From positions 32,001-96,000 of the IMG/VR virus record IMGVR_UViG_3300036760_000306: a DNA stretch of 64,000 nt. One strand, written 5' to 3'. How positions within the stretch are numbered: position 1 is the stretch's first letter; each line of letters starts with the position of its first letter. The notes under the pieces were generated by a model. That model was not told the DNA's origin. It saw nothing but the letters and a program-made list of their open reading frames with translations, and did no database searches. Shown one piece after another: positions 27,400-37,142 of this stretch. The position numbers were made by a program, and so were the translations under genes. This stretch comes from a virus.

Positions 27400-28992
27400 T
27401 CAACTGCTCAACGTGTGGTTGTGGCCGTTCTGCGTGTGGTTGTGCCCAGTATCCGTAACCCCATGGCTGTGCCCAGAATCGGAGACGGTGACTCCGGTGG
27501 CGCTGGACCCTAAAGTATGGGTGTGCTGTGTCTGCGTTAAATTCAATGAATAGACGTACCACACATCAATGCCGTGATTACCGTGGTGGTTGCCCGTAAC
27601 ATCGAAAGTACCATTCACCGTATCCGTTGCTGCAAACGTTCTAACCTCACCGTCAACGCTGACCTTTAAAAATGCTGTCACGTTGTCATTTGGCACCCCG
27701 AAGGACGCGCCTAACTCGATAGTTACGCTAGTCCCACCACCCACCGGGGCGCTATTCACGTAGTTGGTGACGAAAAAGAAGGCTTTGGCACCCACGACAA
27801 CGCCCCCGCCAACCGGCTTGGTGAACACCTCTGCTAGAGCGCTACCGTTACGACCTGTGCCATTAATCGTGACTGTGCCGCCCGCCCAACCTGCGGGAAA
27901 CGTTACGTCCATGGTCCGGGGCACGCCGGGCTGTGCAGTGGGCACACTACTGGCGGCGGGTTGAGCGATGGTACCCTGAGTAAGTCCATCGGCTTCAACA
28001 GTGTTCAGGGCATACCACCCCGTCAACGTAACCGCATTGTTTACGGGAGTCGTGGAGCCCACCGTGTGGGTGTGTCCAGGATCCGTGACAGCGGTAACGG
28101 CCGTACCCGAGTTGATCGAGAGTCCGGTGGCACTTGAGTTGTTCGTAGGCGTGGTCGAGTTGACCGTGAGAGGATCCGAACCGCCTGCATGTGTCGCAGA
28201 GTGCGCAGTAGGAGTACGAGCGTTTGAAAGCCTAGGGTCGTTGCCAGCCGTAACTGTGTTGGCTGCGGAGCCGTAAGGGACTTCTTCCCATGTTGTGTTT
28301 GCGGCGTTTCGTTTGAGAAACCCATTTGCAAGCTTTGCAGGGAGTGCGTCTGCTTGTAAGCCCACAACCGAAGGAGCCGGGTAAACACCCGCTAAATCGC
28401 CACTAGCGGGACCAACAGGAGGCCCACCGCCAAAGACTATCGGAGCGTGGGTCCACTGGTTTAGAAACGAATCGTAAAGTAGGACATCCCCGTTGCTCGG
28501 GGGCGGCGCTTCGATTGGAATGCCCTCAAGACCCACGACGGTGGGGTTTGGGTAGGTTCCGAATAGATCCCCACCAGCAGGCCCAACCGGCGGACTTCCT
28601 GCAACCCAGTTAACACCGTCCGACCAATAGGGACCGTTATCGGTTGTGTTCCAGATCACGGTTCCGGAGGGGTACCCAGAAGCGGCGGGGAGAGTCAGAG
28701 TCGTGTACGCCTCGGGCGTAACGAACATTTGAGCGATGATGACGCCGACCTGGTGGAACTTCCGGATCGTGCCTGCCTCAAACGAAAGCAAAGATCGGCT
28801 GGATCCAGCGATGTCGATGAAGCCGCCTACAGGGACATAGCAGGCAACTTTGCGGTTCTGGTTCTCGTACCCAACGTCCAAGTCATTGATCAGGACCGGG
28901 TTCGTGTTGGGACGCCCGTCAGCCATCAAACCCGTATGCGTCAACCGAATCAGGAGGACGGGACGAGGCGCTGGGTTCGGCGTCGGGGGCAT
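27400..28992 (-). CDS. Probable virion structural or fibre-like protein
   Basis: Two GPAxGDLxGxYPxPxV repeats and HxH (TDxGHxH) repeats, G/T/P-rich; start probably 28992. Confidence 0.65.
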   Translation of the reverse strand: MPPTPNPAPRPVLLIRLTHTGLMADGRPNTNPVLINDLDVGYENQNRKVACYVPVGGFIDIAGSSRSLLSFEAGTIRKFHQVGVIIAQMFVTPEAYTTLTLPAASGYPSGTVIWNTTDNGPYWSDGVNWVAGSPPVGPAGGDLFGTYPNPTVVGLEGIPIEAPPPSNGDVLLYDSFLNQWTHAPIVFGGGPPVGPASGDLAGVYPAPSVVGLQADALPAKLANGFLKRNAANTTWEEVPYGSAANTVTAGNDPRLSNARTPTAHSATHAGGSDPLTVNSTTPTNNSSATGLSINSGTAVTAVTDPGHTHTVGSTTPVNNAVTLTGWYALNTVEADGLTQGTIAQPAASSVPTAQPGVPRTMDVTFPAGWAGGTVTINGTGRNGSALAEVFTKPVGGGVVVGAKAFFFVTNYVNSAPVGGGTSVTIELGASFGVPNDNVTAFLKVSVDGEVRTFAATDTVNGTFDVTGNHHGNHGIDVWYVYSLNLTQTQHTHTLGSSATGVTVSDSGHSHGVTDTGHNHTQNGHNHTLSS

Positions 28993-29048
28993 ACCAGGGC
29001 TTTTGACAAGAACAAAAACCCCGGATCCCCTAATCGTCCCCGCTAGGC

Positions 29049-29399
29049 ATGGACAAGGATCTGGACCGCTGGAATCGCAAACAAGCGGCATACCGTCGTA
29101 GAAAAGCCCTACAAGAGCGGGCCATCAATCATTTGGGCGGTAAGTGCCAGATTTGCGGTTACGCCAAGTGCCTGGCAGCCTTGGACATGCACCACACCGA
29201 TCCTATGGGTAAGGACTTCAACATCTCAGCGGGCTTGACCTCGTGGGAACGTGTTCTACCTGAGCTGGAGAAATGCGTGCTTTTGTGCTCAAACTGCCAT
29301 CGGGAAGTCCATGATGGGCTTCACCCCGGGTATCTCGAACTCGATGGTGTTTGGGGTTCTAGGTACGACACCGAACTGGAAACCGAGGACCTTCATTAG
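29049..29399 (+). CDS. HNH endonuclease
   Basis: LGGKCQICGY, HH.DP, C..LCSNCHREVH. Confidence 0.85.
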   Translation: MDKDLDRWNRKQAAYRRRKALQERAINHLGGKCQICGYAKCLAALDMHHTDPMGKDFNISAGLTSWERVLPELEKCVLLCSNCHREVHDGLHPGYLELDGVWGSRYDTELETEDLH

Positions 29400-29834
29400 A
29401 TGCTTGCCTATTGGTTGAATGCTCAAGAGTGCCTGGATCTCCCGCTTGCTGAACTGCGGCGGAACGGGATTGTGTACGAGTCGATTCCTGTTCAGGACCC
29501 TTGGCCACATTTGAATCGAATCAAAGCGGAGCATGGGTATGTGGCTGAAGACCTGGTGGACTTGAACGCGACTCGACCGGACTTCGAGAACCTAGGCCGA
29601 GCGTTCAAGCGTGAACACTCTCACGAAGAAGATGAGGTCCGCTTCATCGTCTCAGGGAATGGCACTTTCGACATCCGGTCAAACGACGACTGCTGGATGC
29701 GAGTTTGGGTTGAGCCTGGGGACCTGATCATCATCCCGGCTGGCCGTCACCACCTGTTTCATTTGACCAGCGAAGGCATCGAGGCCATCCGGCTGTTCAA
29801 GAACGAGGCGGGTTGGGTGCCTAGCTATCGTTAG
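29400..29834 (+). CDS. mtnD: Acireductone dioxygenase (cupin)
   Basis: EHSHEEDEVRF..G.G.FD, GDLIIIPAG..H.F, AIRLF....GW. Confidence 0.88.
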   Translation: MLAYWLNAQECLDLPLAELRRNGIVYESIPVQDPWPHLNRIKAEHGYVAEDLVDLNATRPDFENLGRAFKREHSHEEDEVRFIVSGNGTFDIRSNDDCWMRVWVEPGDLIIIPAGRHHLFHLTSEGIEAIRLFKNEAGWVPSYR

Positions 29835-30235
29835 CGACCCCAGCTAAGCCTAGCTGAGTACGACATCGTTACCACTATGTCGTAAGCTTCCGATGGATCT
29901 TGAGTTGAACCCATGAAAGAAGCGGTAACGGTAACGTACCAACCGCCTTTTGAGAACGGAATTTCAAAGGTCCATTGTTTGCCGCTGGTCAGGCTGGGCG
30001 AATTTCTGTTGCTATAGTATTCTGCCCGGTAGTTCTGGATGGGGATCCCAGCAGCAGAGAGTCTGTCGAAGATCGCTGTAATCGGCTTCCAGTCGCTATC
30101 TCTGTGGACCCCGCTTGTCCCCGTCTGGGTAAGCTTCCTCAAGTAGGTTTCTGCCCGAGCCCTGGTCAAGCCTTCTAGGCCCTGATCTTGAGCTTGCAGG
30201 TAACGGAGGGCTACTTTTTGAGTGGTAGGGTCCAT
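29831..30235 (-). CDS. Hypothetical protein with KVALRYLQA tag
   Basis: MDPTTQKVALRYLQA. Confidence 0.7.
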   Translation of the reverse strand: MDPTTQKVALRYLQAQDQGLEGLTRARAETYLRKLTQTGTSGVHRDSDWKPITAIFDRLSAAGIPIQNYRAEYYSNRNSPSLTSGKQWTFEIPFSKGGWYVTVTASFMGSTQDPSEAYDIVVTMSYSARLSWGR

Positions 30236-30262
30236 GTACACCACTGTCGGGACAACAATGCC

Positions 30263-31105
30263 TTATTTCTGAACAGTGCTGACCATCCCCAGGGGCTCAT
30301 CCGAAAGCTCGAACCGCATCACCTGCTCGAACCCGACCGGGACTCGCAGGAATGGCCCATCGAGGTACAGGGTGGCGTCGGTCGTGAGGCTGGTGAACGT
30401 GAACTTGTCGCCCAGCCAGACCAAGGAGCCCGTTTCGGTTTCGGAGCAGACCTCACGTAGGACGGTCTGGAGCTGCTTTGAGAGAAGAGGCAGCACTTTA
30501 CCGCCCGAGGACCTGATAGCCCCTGTGGAGCCCGCCCCGGTGCCCACCCAGAGCCCTGAGCAGGCGTAGCGAATCTTCCCCGGGGGTGCAATCCGGGTCA
30601 TGGCCGCCGGACACGTGTGGCTGAACAGGGCCTCATTGAGCACCCGGCGGCTCACCACTTGCTTGCCCACCGTCACGGACATCCTGGGGATCCAGGTGAC
30701 CTTGCGGTCCTCCGATAGCGCCTTCTTGAGCGCCTTGGTCAGCAGGTGCTTCTTCTCGAAGATCTGACAGAAGCGGCCCTTGCTGAATACCGGGTCACTG
30801 TTGATCGCGAACAGGAAGGCCTTTGGGCCAATGTTGTGGCTCGCCGACAAGACCGTGCCATCTCCGCCCACGGTAATCACGAGATCCCCGTGACCCGCTT
30901 TGAACCTCTGCCCAGCACCTTCCACGACCCAAGGCTTCACCCCGAGTTCAGACAGAACCGCGATGGTGAGATTCACGGTACGGACGTGACGGGCGTGGGA
31001 GCCCTCCATGCGGATCCTCGATACCTCGCTGAGCTTACCAAATTGGGCACGGTTTAGGCGGTATTGCTCCCAGGTGGACTGCTTCTTGACGAGGATGACT
31101 CTCAC
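30263..31105 (-). CDS. nadK: NAD+ kinase
   Basis: GGDGT, LNE, G..VGTGAGST. Confidence 0.88.
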   Translation of the reverse strand: MRVILVKKQSTWEQYRLNRAQFGKLSEVSRIRMEGSHARHVRTVNLTIAVLSELGVKPWVVEGAGQRFKAGHGDLVITVGGDGTVLSASHNIGPKAFLFAINSDPVFSKGRFCQIFEKKHLLTKALKKALSEDRKVTWIPRMSVTVGKQVVSRRVLNEALFSHTCPAAMTRIAPPGKIRYACSGLWVGTGAGSTGAIRSSGGKVLPLLSKQLQTVLREVCSETETGSLVWLGDKFTFTSLTTDATLYLDGPFLRVPVGFEQVMRFELSDEPLGMVSTVQK

Positions 31106-31156
31106 CAGAACCGCTTTTCAGGGGCCTTCTCAGCCTTTGCTTCGATTTCGTCCACT

Positions 31157-31390
31157 TCAGCTCCTACGTGTAGAACCAAAACCACCCTGGAAGAGCGCGT
31201 TGGGGTGCAGTTGAACACCGTCAAGTAGGAGGGGTTTTCGGTCGGGCATGATCTTGTAGACGGGAAGCCCGAGGTGAGCACGCAGCGAGGTCATCTCGGA
31301 TGCCGCTTTGCTCACGGTGAAGTGCGTGATTTCAGCGTCCCCTGACTTACCAGGGGACAGGATATCGACCATCTTGGGGAACAATGTCAT
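31157..31390 (-). CDS. Short, possibly truncated hypothetical protein
   Basis: ORF track. Confidence 0.4.
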   Translation of the reverse strand: MTLFPKMVDILSPGKSGDAEITHFTVSKAASEMTSLRAHLGLPVYKIMPDRKPLLLDGVQLHPNALFQGGFGSTRRS

Positions 31391-31420
31391 GCCGATACCA
31401 CACTTGGACTCGGGAAAACT

Positions 31421-31852
31421 CTAGGCTTTGGTGACGATTTCACCAGACGACACCAAGGTTGCCTTCCCCATCAAGGTCTTGTTGTAGACGACCCGCCGGT
31501 CCCCATTCGAGGGGATGTCGAAGAAGAAACTATGCGCGTCCGTGCTACTGCGGAACACATCATAGACGATTCGAGGCGTACCCTCGCCGCATCCTAAAGC
31601 CTCTGCAACTTTCTGAAGGAGATCCGGTTCCTGCTGTAGAACCGACTTGCGTTCCTCCAGGCAGAATTGCCACTCGTGGGAGTGGCTAGCCGACCTGAAG
31701 GCATACATAATTTCGTAGAGCTGGCCCTCAACTCGGACCAAAGAGCCGGGCTGCCACCTAAGCTTAGGCGGTTTGCCCGTTTGCACCGCCATGCGGCCTC
31801 TACCTTCGGGACCCCGAAGGGTCATCATAGGGGGCAACTGAATCTTTTTCAT
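31421..31852 (-). CDS. Hypothetical protein
   Basis: ORF track. Confidence 0.65.
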   Translation of the reverse strand: MKKIQLPPMMTLRGPEGRGRMAVQTGKPPKLRWQPGSLVRVEGQLYEIMYAFRSASHSHEWQFCLEERKSVLQQEPDLLQKVAEALGCGEGTPRIVYDVFRSSTDAHSFFFDIPSNGDRRVVYNKTLMGKATLVSSGEIVTKA

Positions 31853-31998
31853 CCTACGAGTGCTCTACCAGCTCTTTACGGAGCCGATCTTTCATTCGGC
31901 GCTTGCGCCGGTCACGCATCACTCCAGCCTTACGGCCACGAGCGATCACAGCAACCGAGTTACGAACCTCATTGCTCTTTACTTTGGTTGCCATGCCG

Positions 31999-32397
31999 TT
32001 ACCACACGTCAGCTGGCGCTTTCGCTGCGTCGCGTGCTGCGATTTCTGCGATGTAGCGATCTGTATCGCGTGTCCTGATCGCTGCGCAGAGGCGCTCTAC
32101 CTCGCGACACGCCTTCGACGCCGCGCTCTGACAGGCGTCTCGATATGCCCGCGCATCCGCGAGCTGCGCCTCAAGCGTCGGCTCATCCACGGTGGGCGCA
32201 GTCCGCACATTGCGGCTGTTCCTGACCTCGCCGCTCTTCATACGCCGAAGGCCGAACAGCTTCGCGGGCTTCCATTTTCCGCAATCGGTACACTGAAACT
32301 TGGCATTGGTCAGCACGACCTTGCCGGTGCGGTGGCGTACCGTTGTGTTCACATCTACATCTTTGCTCATACTATCTCCTAGAGTCTCGGGGTTCAA
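31999..32397 (-). CDS. Zinc-finger protein apparently frameshift-fused to the next ORF
   Basis: CTDC..KP..F; the matching CADC lies in another frame. Confidence 0.45.
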   Translation of the reverse strand: MNPETLGDSMSKDVDVNTTVRHRTGKVVLTNAKFQCTDCGKWKPAKLFGLRRMKSGEVRNSRNVRTAPTVDEPTLEAQLADARAYRDACQSAASKACREVERLCAAIRTRDTDRYIAEIAARDAAKAPADVW

Positions 32398-32597
32398 AGC
32401 TTAGGATCTTTGTCCTCATTTCGGATCTTAGCGAGGTCAGCAAGCATCGTTCGGTACCCGTGGACCCGACCCAAAAAGTACATGCCCAAAAGCGGCACCA
32501 GAAACACAGGCACAAGATGGAAGCCGCCTATTCGTACCCCAGCCGCCACCAACGCTACAGCGGGGACACAGTACATAAAGTCAGAGAAGGTTCGCAT
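32394..32597 (-). CDS. Small membrane protein
   Basis: Two hydrophobic stretches. Confidence 0.6.
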   Translation of the reverse strand: MRTFSDFMYCVPAVALVAAGVRIGGFHLVPVFLVPLLGMYFLGRVHGYRTMLADLAKIRNEDKDPKL

Positions 32598-32603
32598 CTC
32601 TAT

Positions 32604-33281
32604 TCACGACCCCGGTGGTGGGCTCATACGCTCCAATTCCGTGATCAGCCTCCGGATGTTCTGACGAGCCTGGGCCTCGAAGCGGTCCTGGAAGTACGGA
32701 GTCAGGAAGATACTTCGCTTGGCCAATAGGCCCTCAAGGAACGCTTTGCGGCCGACCTTGACTTGCTCCATGGTGTACTTTTGGAGAAATTCCTTGATGA
32801 TGTTCTGGTCGTTCCAGACCGCGATCTCCCAACGGGGTTCCCCGAAGCTGGCGATGTCGCAGTCCATGAGCAGAGCTGTTGGGAACGCCACGTCCTCGAA
32901 TTCTAACTTTCCGTGCTTGGCCGTGGTCAGAATCATCTTCTCGGCCTCCTGGTACTCTCCGATGTGCGCTATTTGAGATTGCAGAAACCAAACACTGTCT
33001 TGCTCGTTCCCCGGCGATCCTTGGGTTGTGTAGATCACATCGTGGAACAAAGCTGCAATGCTCATTTCCCGTTTACACTTAGGAGTGAGATAGACCGGCC
33101 GATCATTGAACACATCATCGCAACAGTGGTTGACCCAACTCAGAACCGCCAAGGCGTGGTTCCAGTCGTGGTAATGCCGGTGGGGCTCCTGGTACTTGGC
33201 CTTGACCTGATCAAGACACGGGAGGTCGTGGAGACTCGCTCGGGTCAAGATGTGGGTTTCTTCTGCGGGTGTGAAGTGCAT
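32604..33281 (-). CDS. HD-superfamily phosphohydrolase
   Basis: RHYH...H, FHDVIY, NE..S, D.D. Confidence 0.85.
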   Translation of the reverse strand: MHFTPAEETHILTRASLHDLPCLDQVKAKYQEPHRHYHDWNHALAVLSWVNHCCDDVFNDRPVYLTPKCKREMSIAALFHDVIYTTQGSPGNEQDSVWFLQSQIAHIGEYQEAEKMILTTAKHGKLEFEDVAFPTALLMDCDIASFGEPRWEIAVWNDQNIIKEFLQKYTMEQVKVGRKAFLEGLLAKRSIFLTPYFQDRFEAQARQNIRRLITELERMSPPPGS

Positions 33282-33484
33282 GGCTATTTAGTTACCGCAA
33301 GATGTCTGCGATCCTTTAGAGGTTCACGTCGCCAAGAGTTGAGGCTACTAGAGCAACCCTCTCCAGCATACTGCGCTTCCCTGTAGCGAGCACCCTCGGC
33401 CCCCGGAAGTAACATAAGCTTGCAGACATGCCGAGTCCCGTTCCAATCTAACTCTGGACATAGTGGTTGCTTTGGGCGCTTTCT

Positions 33485-34102
33485 TCATGCTTTTAGCTTC
33501 CAATCGTTGTCATCCCACGGGCACTTCCCTGCCAAAATAGCAACCCATTCAGTTTCGGTTGGAATCCGCCACGTCCCTTCGGGTTCAGAGCTGGTGTCTT
33601 GCGGGTTCTCCCAAGATCCTGGACCCCAGACGTACTTGCCTTCCCAGACCAAGATTCCGGCAGACGGCGGTTTGAGTCCCAGATCGTCAATATGCGAGAA
33701 CCCTGCCTCCTCCATTTCAAAACGAATGTGACCGCCAACGCCCCACAACACGACCCCTTCGGATCCGTTGCTAGCCGCGACAACCAGTGATGGCTTGCTG
33801 AAGTCGTAGTCGCCCCAAGGCGGTTCCCGTGGTGTGTCGTTGAAGCCGAAAGTCATCCCTCCTCCGTTCATATTTAGATCTTTTGCCCCGCTTTCTTGTG
33901 AGCCCAGCACGCGGGGAGGCGTATGCGCTTTCTTGTGCGCCCAACACGCAGCGATTGCTTCGGCGCGTGTGGCGTACCAAATACGGAGGTATGGGATGTA
34001 GGGGTATTCCACGCTCGGTGTATCCATTGTCCAAGTGTCGATCGCTACGCGGACGAGGTACCCATCCGGCGGTTCCGACTGTGTTTTGCTCATGGTTCCC
34101 AT
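33485..34102 (-). CDS. Hypothetical protein
   Basis: ORF track; may be two fused parts. Confidence 0.55.
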   Translation of the reverse strand: MGTMSKTQSEPPDGYLVRVAIDTWTMDTPSVEYPYIPYLRIWYATRAEAIAACWAHKKAHTPPRVLGSQESGAKDLNMNGGGMTFGFNDTPREPPWGDYDFSKPSLVVAASNGSEGVVLWGVGGHIRFEMEEAGFSHIDDLGLKPPSAGILVWEGKYVWGPGSWENPQDTSSEPEGTWRIPTETEWVAILAGKCPWDDNDWKLKA

Positions 34103-34453
34103 CTATTCCCCAAACAGAGCCTTCTTGAGGGCCGCCTTGGCCTCGGGGTTGCTGTCGATGGCGGGCCCGAATATACACCGGAGCTTCTCTCCAAGATAGG
34201 CCATGTCGTGCCCCTCGCAGGGCAACGCTACCCCTGAGTGCTCGTTGATCAGTTTCGGGTCGATGCCCTGCTTAGCTGCCGCGTCCAACAAGTCCACGTA
34301 CTTGCCCATGAGCCCGTTGAATTCGATGAAGGCGTGTGCCTCGCTTCCGACCTTGGCCACGAAGCACATCCAGTAGAACTGCTCGTTCAAAGACCGCAGC
34401 GTCTGGATGATCTCCGGCTTGTGCCGGACCACTTCATCGTCAGCGTTTTGCAT
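34103..34453 (-). CDS. Hypothetical protein
   Basis: GGAG SD before ATG 34453. Confidence 0.65.
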   Translation of the reverse strand: MQNADDEVVRHKPEIIQTLRSLNEQFYWMCFVAKVGSEAHAFIEFNGLMGKYVDLLDAAAKQGIDPKLINEHSGVALPCEGHDMAYLGEKLRCIFGPAIDSNPEAKAALKKALFGE

Positions 34454-34733
34454 AGGGCTCCGTGTCTTGTAAATGATCCCATACAGTGCGGGTAACCGGC
34501 GTGTTGGGACTGAAAAACCAACATGAAATGGAGTCATCTCGGGTTCCAAACCCATGGGCTTCCGCGCATAACGCCATATCCATGATCCCGGCGTACAAAC
34601 AAACCCGTCCAAGAACCCAGCGACTGATTCGAGACTGGGGTCCGAACAGAAGACTCGACGCATTCAGGAGAGGCAACCATAGTCGCAGCAAACGTCGAGC
34701 TTTAAACAACATGGTAACTCCTATGTGAAGCGG

Positions 34734-35015
34734 TCACCCTGAGATGCTCTGCATGATGCGGGTGAAGCCTTCGAGACAACGGGCCCTGGTGGCCAGCACC
34801 TTCTCGAACAGCGTGGGGCTCTCAGCCTGAGCGATCTCCAACAGCCGCTGACCCGCGAGATGTGCGATGATCGAGGGCTGCTCCTGTTCCGTGTACTGCA
34901 ACGCTGCCCGGAGGATGGAATCAACCACAAGCTCGTCAGCTTGAGCTTGCCAGTGGCTGAAGGGCTTGCCGTTGAATCGCTTACGCTTGCGGATGATCTC
35001 GTGAAACTGGTTCAT
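34734..35015 (-). CDS. Hypothetical protein
   Basis: ORF track. Confidence 0.55.
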   Translation of the reverse strand: MNQFHEIIRKRKRFNGKPFSHWQAQADELVVDSILRAALQYTEQEQPSIIAHLAGQRLLEIAQAESPTLFEKVLATRARCLEGFTRIMQSISG

Positions 35016-35069
35016 AGGACACCTAAACGAGGGAGGCCGGAAGTGCCGACCTCCCCCGTCGGTTGAAGG

Positions 35070-35792
35070 TCAGTTGGTGAGGCTCACGAAGTAGTCGTGG
35101 GCCTTGGCGTGGCGGTCGATGACCGTGGCGGGGCTGCCCTTCTTGAGGCCTTCCGTGACCGCGTTGTAGAGGCCCCAGATGTTCCGATCCGAGAACTCCA
35201 CGTGACGGGGAGTTTCCCAGTCCCCGAAGGCCACCGATGCCTGGTGAGGCGTCAAAAGGCCCTTGCCCATCGCGACACCCAGCAGGGCGTAACCACGGTC
35301 CTTGTGGCAGCTCTTGGCCTTCATGGCCTCGACTTCATGCTGGACCTTCTCGAAGCTCTGCATTGCCGTGCCGACCTGTTCGAGTACGAGGCGCTGAAAG
35401 TCCTCCCAGACGTTCGCAGTGTTGCGGCGGACCACCCGGAAGGCATCGCCCGAGAAGCAGAGGTTGTCGCACACGAAGACGTTGGCTCCGCCGACCAGAC
35501 CGAGCGCAAGGCTCTTGTCGTAGGACTGGCGCATGCCGATGCTCAGACCCTTCTCGGAGTCGCCTGTGTCCAGGGTGATGCGGCCGAACAACTGGCTGCC
35601 CGCCTTGTTGAGGCCGTAGGACTCGCTCTTGACCTCCAGGCCAAGGTGCTCCCGTGCGGTGTCACGCAGGAAGTTGATGGCGTCGCCGTACGAGACAGGC
35701 TTCCAGGTGTCGGTCGCCTCGGGGGGCGTCACGGCCATGACCTGGGCCAACGTCGTCTGTTCCGAACCACAATGCAGGATGAGACCGTTCAT
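35070..35792 (-). CDS. DUF932-family protein
   Basis: TW.PV, FG, G.R.SYDKS.....GG..VFVCDN. Confidence 0.75.
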   Translation of the reverse strand: MNGLILHCGSEQTTLAQVMAVTPPEATDTWKPVSYGDAINFLRDTAREHLGLEVKSESYGLNKAGSQLFGRITLDTGDSEKGLSIGMRQSYDKSLALGLVGGANVFVCDNLCFSGDAFRVVRRNTANVWEDFQRLVLEQVGTAMQSFEKVQHEVEAMKAKSCHKDRGYALLGVAMGKGLLTPHQASVAFGDWETPRHVEFSDRNIWGLYNAVTEGLKKGSPATVIDRHAKAHDYFVSLTN

Positions 35793-35958
35793 TTCTTGCT
35801 CCGTCGTTGTCTAGGGTTGAGTTACCTAACTACTACACCGATGAGAGGCGAAACTCCAGACCTAATTGCAAAAAAGATGGTCCCGATTACGTGGGATCGG
35901 TCAAAACTACGAAATCACAGGCAAAATAGTTGAGAAAGATTTGGTGTAGGTGGGCGGT

Positions 35959-37125
35959 ATGCTCCCCATCTACGCCCTTGAACCGCTGCCCACAAAGATG
36001 ACCAAGGCCATTTTTTTGGCCGGTCCTACTCCCCGAAAACCCGAAGTCGAGAGCTGGCGTCGAGATGCCCTGGGGCTTCTCGAATCACTTGGGTATGACG
36101 GTCACGTCTTTATCCCCGAACCTGCCGACGGGGTTTGGGCTTCGGACTACACGTCCCAAGTTGAATGGGAAGAAGCCGCCCTGAATCAGGCGGACCTGAT
36201 CGTGTTCTGGCTGCCCCGGGATCTGGAGACGCTCCCCGGGTTCACGACCAACGATGAGTGGGGCGTGTGGAAGGCTTCGGGGAAGGTCCTGTTTGGCGCT
36301 CCCGAGGGGGCCGTCAAGGTCCAGTACCAACAGCACTACGCGGAGAAGCACAGGGTACCGCAGTTTGACACCTTGCGGGGGCTGTTGCGGGCTGCCGTGA
36401 CTCGGTTGGGGCCAGGGCGGCTCCGACAAGGCGGGGAGGTCAAGGTGCCGCTCTACGTCTGGGAGCAGCCCTCTTTCCAGAGCTGGTACAGCTACCAGCA
36501 GCACGCGGGCAACGTGCTCAAGGCCGCAGAGGTGCTGTGGACGTTCCGGGTTGGCCCGAAGCTCGACAAGCTGTTCTGTTGGGTGCTCCGGGTGTCCGTG
36601 TACATCACGTCTGAGGACAGGGTAAAATCAAACGAATTCGTGTTGGGTCGCCCTGATCTTTCGTCAGTGATCTTGTGGCACCGAGCCCCAACGCTCGCTG
36701 AGACCAAGGTGATCCTGATCAAGGAGTTCAGGAGCCCAGCCAGGACGCTTGACGGCTTCTTGCGTGAAGCGCCCGGCGGCTCTGCGAAGCTCGGGACCGT
36801 CACCACGGATCCCATGCTCGTGGCCATCGAAGAACTCCGGGAAGAAACCGGCTTCATGATCGAGCCCAACAGGCTTCGTGATCACTCGTTGCGGCAAACC
36901 TTCGGCACCCTGTCTTCGGTCGGGGCTTTCGTGTACTCAGCCGAAATTACAGACCTGGAACTCAAGTTCTTCGAGGATCAAGTTGGCCAAGTCCACGGGG
37001 TAGAGGCGGACTCCGAGCGGACCTTCACTGAGATCCACAAGGTCGGGGACTTGCTGGCCCAGCCGGTAACGGACTGGGCGGCGCTCGGGATGGTTTTTGC
37101 TGCGTTGGCCGATGCGATGCGCTGA
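35959..37125 (+). CDS. Nucleoside 2-deoxyribosyltransferase-like domain fused to a Nudix hydrolase
   Basis: IFLAGP, QVEWE, FW.PR, TTN.EWG; Nudix box GG..AIEELREETG. Confidence 0.8.
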   Translation: MLPIYALEPLPTKMTKAIFLAGPTPRKPEVESWRRDALGLLESLGYDGHVFIPEPADGVWASDYTSQVEWEEAALNQADLIVFWLPRDLETLPGFTTNDEWGVWKASGKVLFGAPEGAVKVQYQQHYAEKHRVPQFDTLRGLLRAAVTRLGPGRLRQGGEVKVPLYVWEQPSFQSWYSYQQHAGNVLKAAEVLWTFRVGPKLDKLFCWVLRVSVYITSEDRVKSNEFVLGRPDLSSVILWHRAPTLAETKVILIKEFRSPARTLDGFLREAPGGSAKLGTVTTDPMLVAIEELREETGFMIEPNRLRDHSLRQTFGTLSSVGAFVYSAEITDLELKFFEDQVGQVHGVEADSERTFTEIHKVGDLLAQPVTDWAALGMVFAALADAMR

Positions 37126-37142
37126 GTGGTGTAGCAGCCCGT

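Noticed and set aside
31856-31890. Minus-strand GGCTCCGTAAAGAGCTGGTAGAGCAC resembles a tRNA 5' half
   Set aside because: No anticodon arm, T-loop or acceptor complement, and it runs into a start codon.
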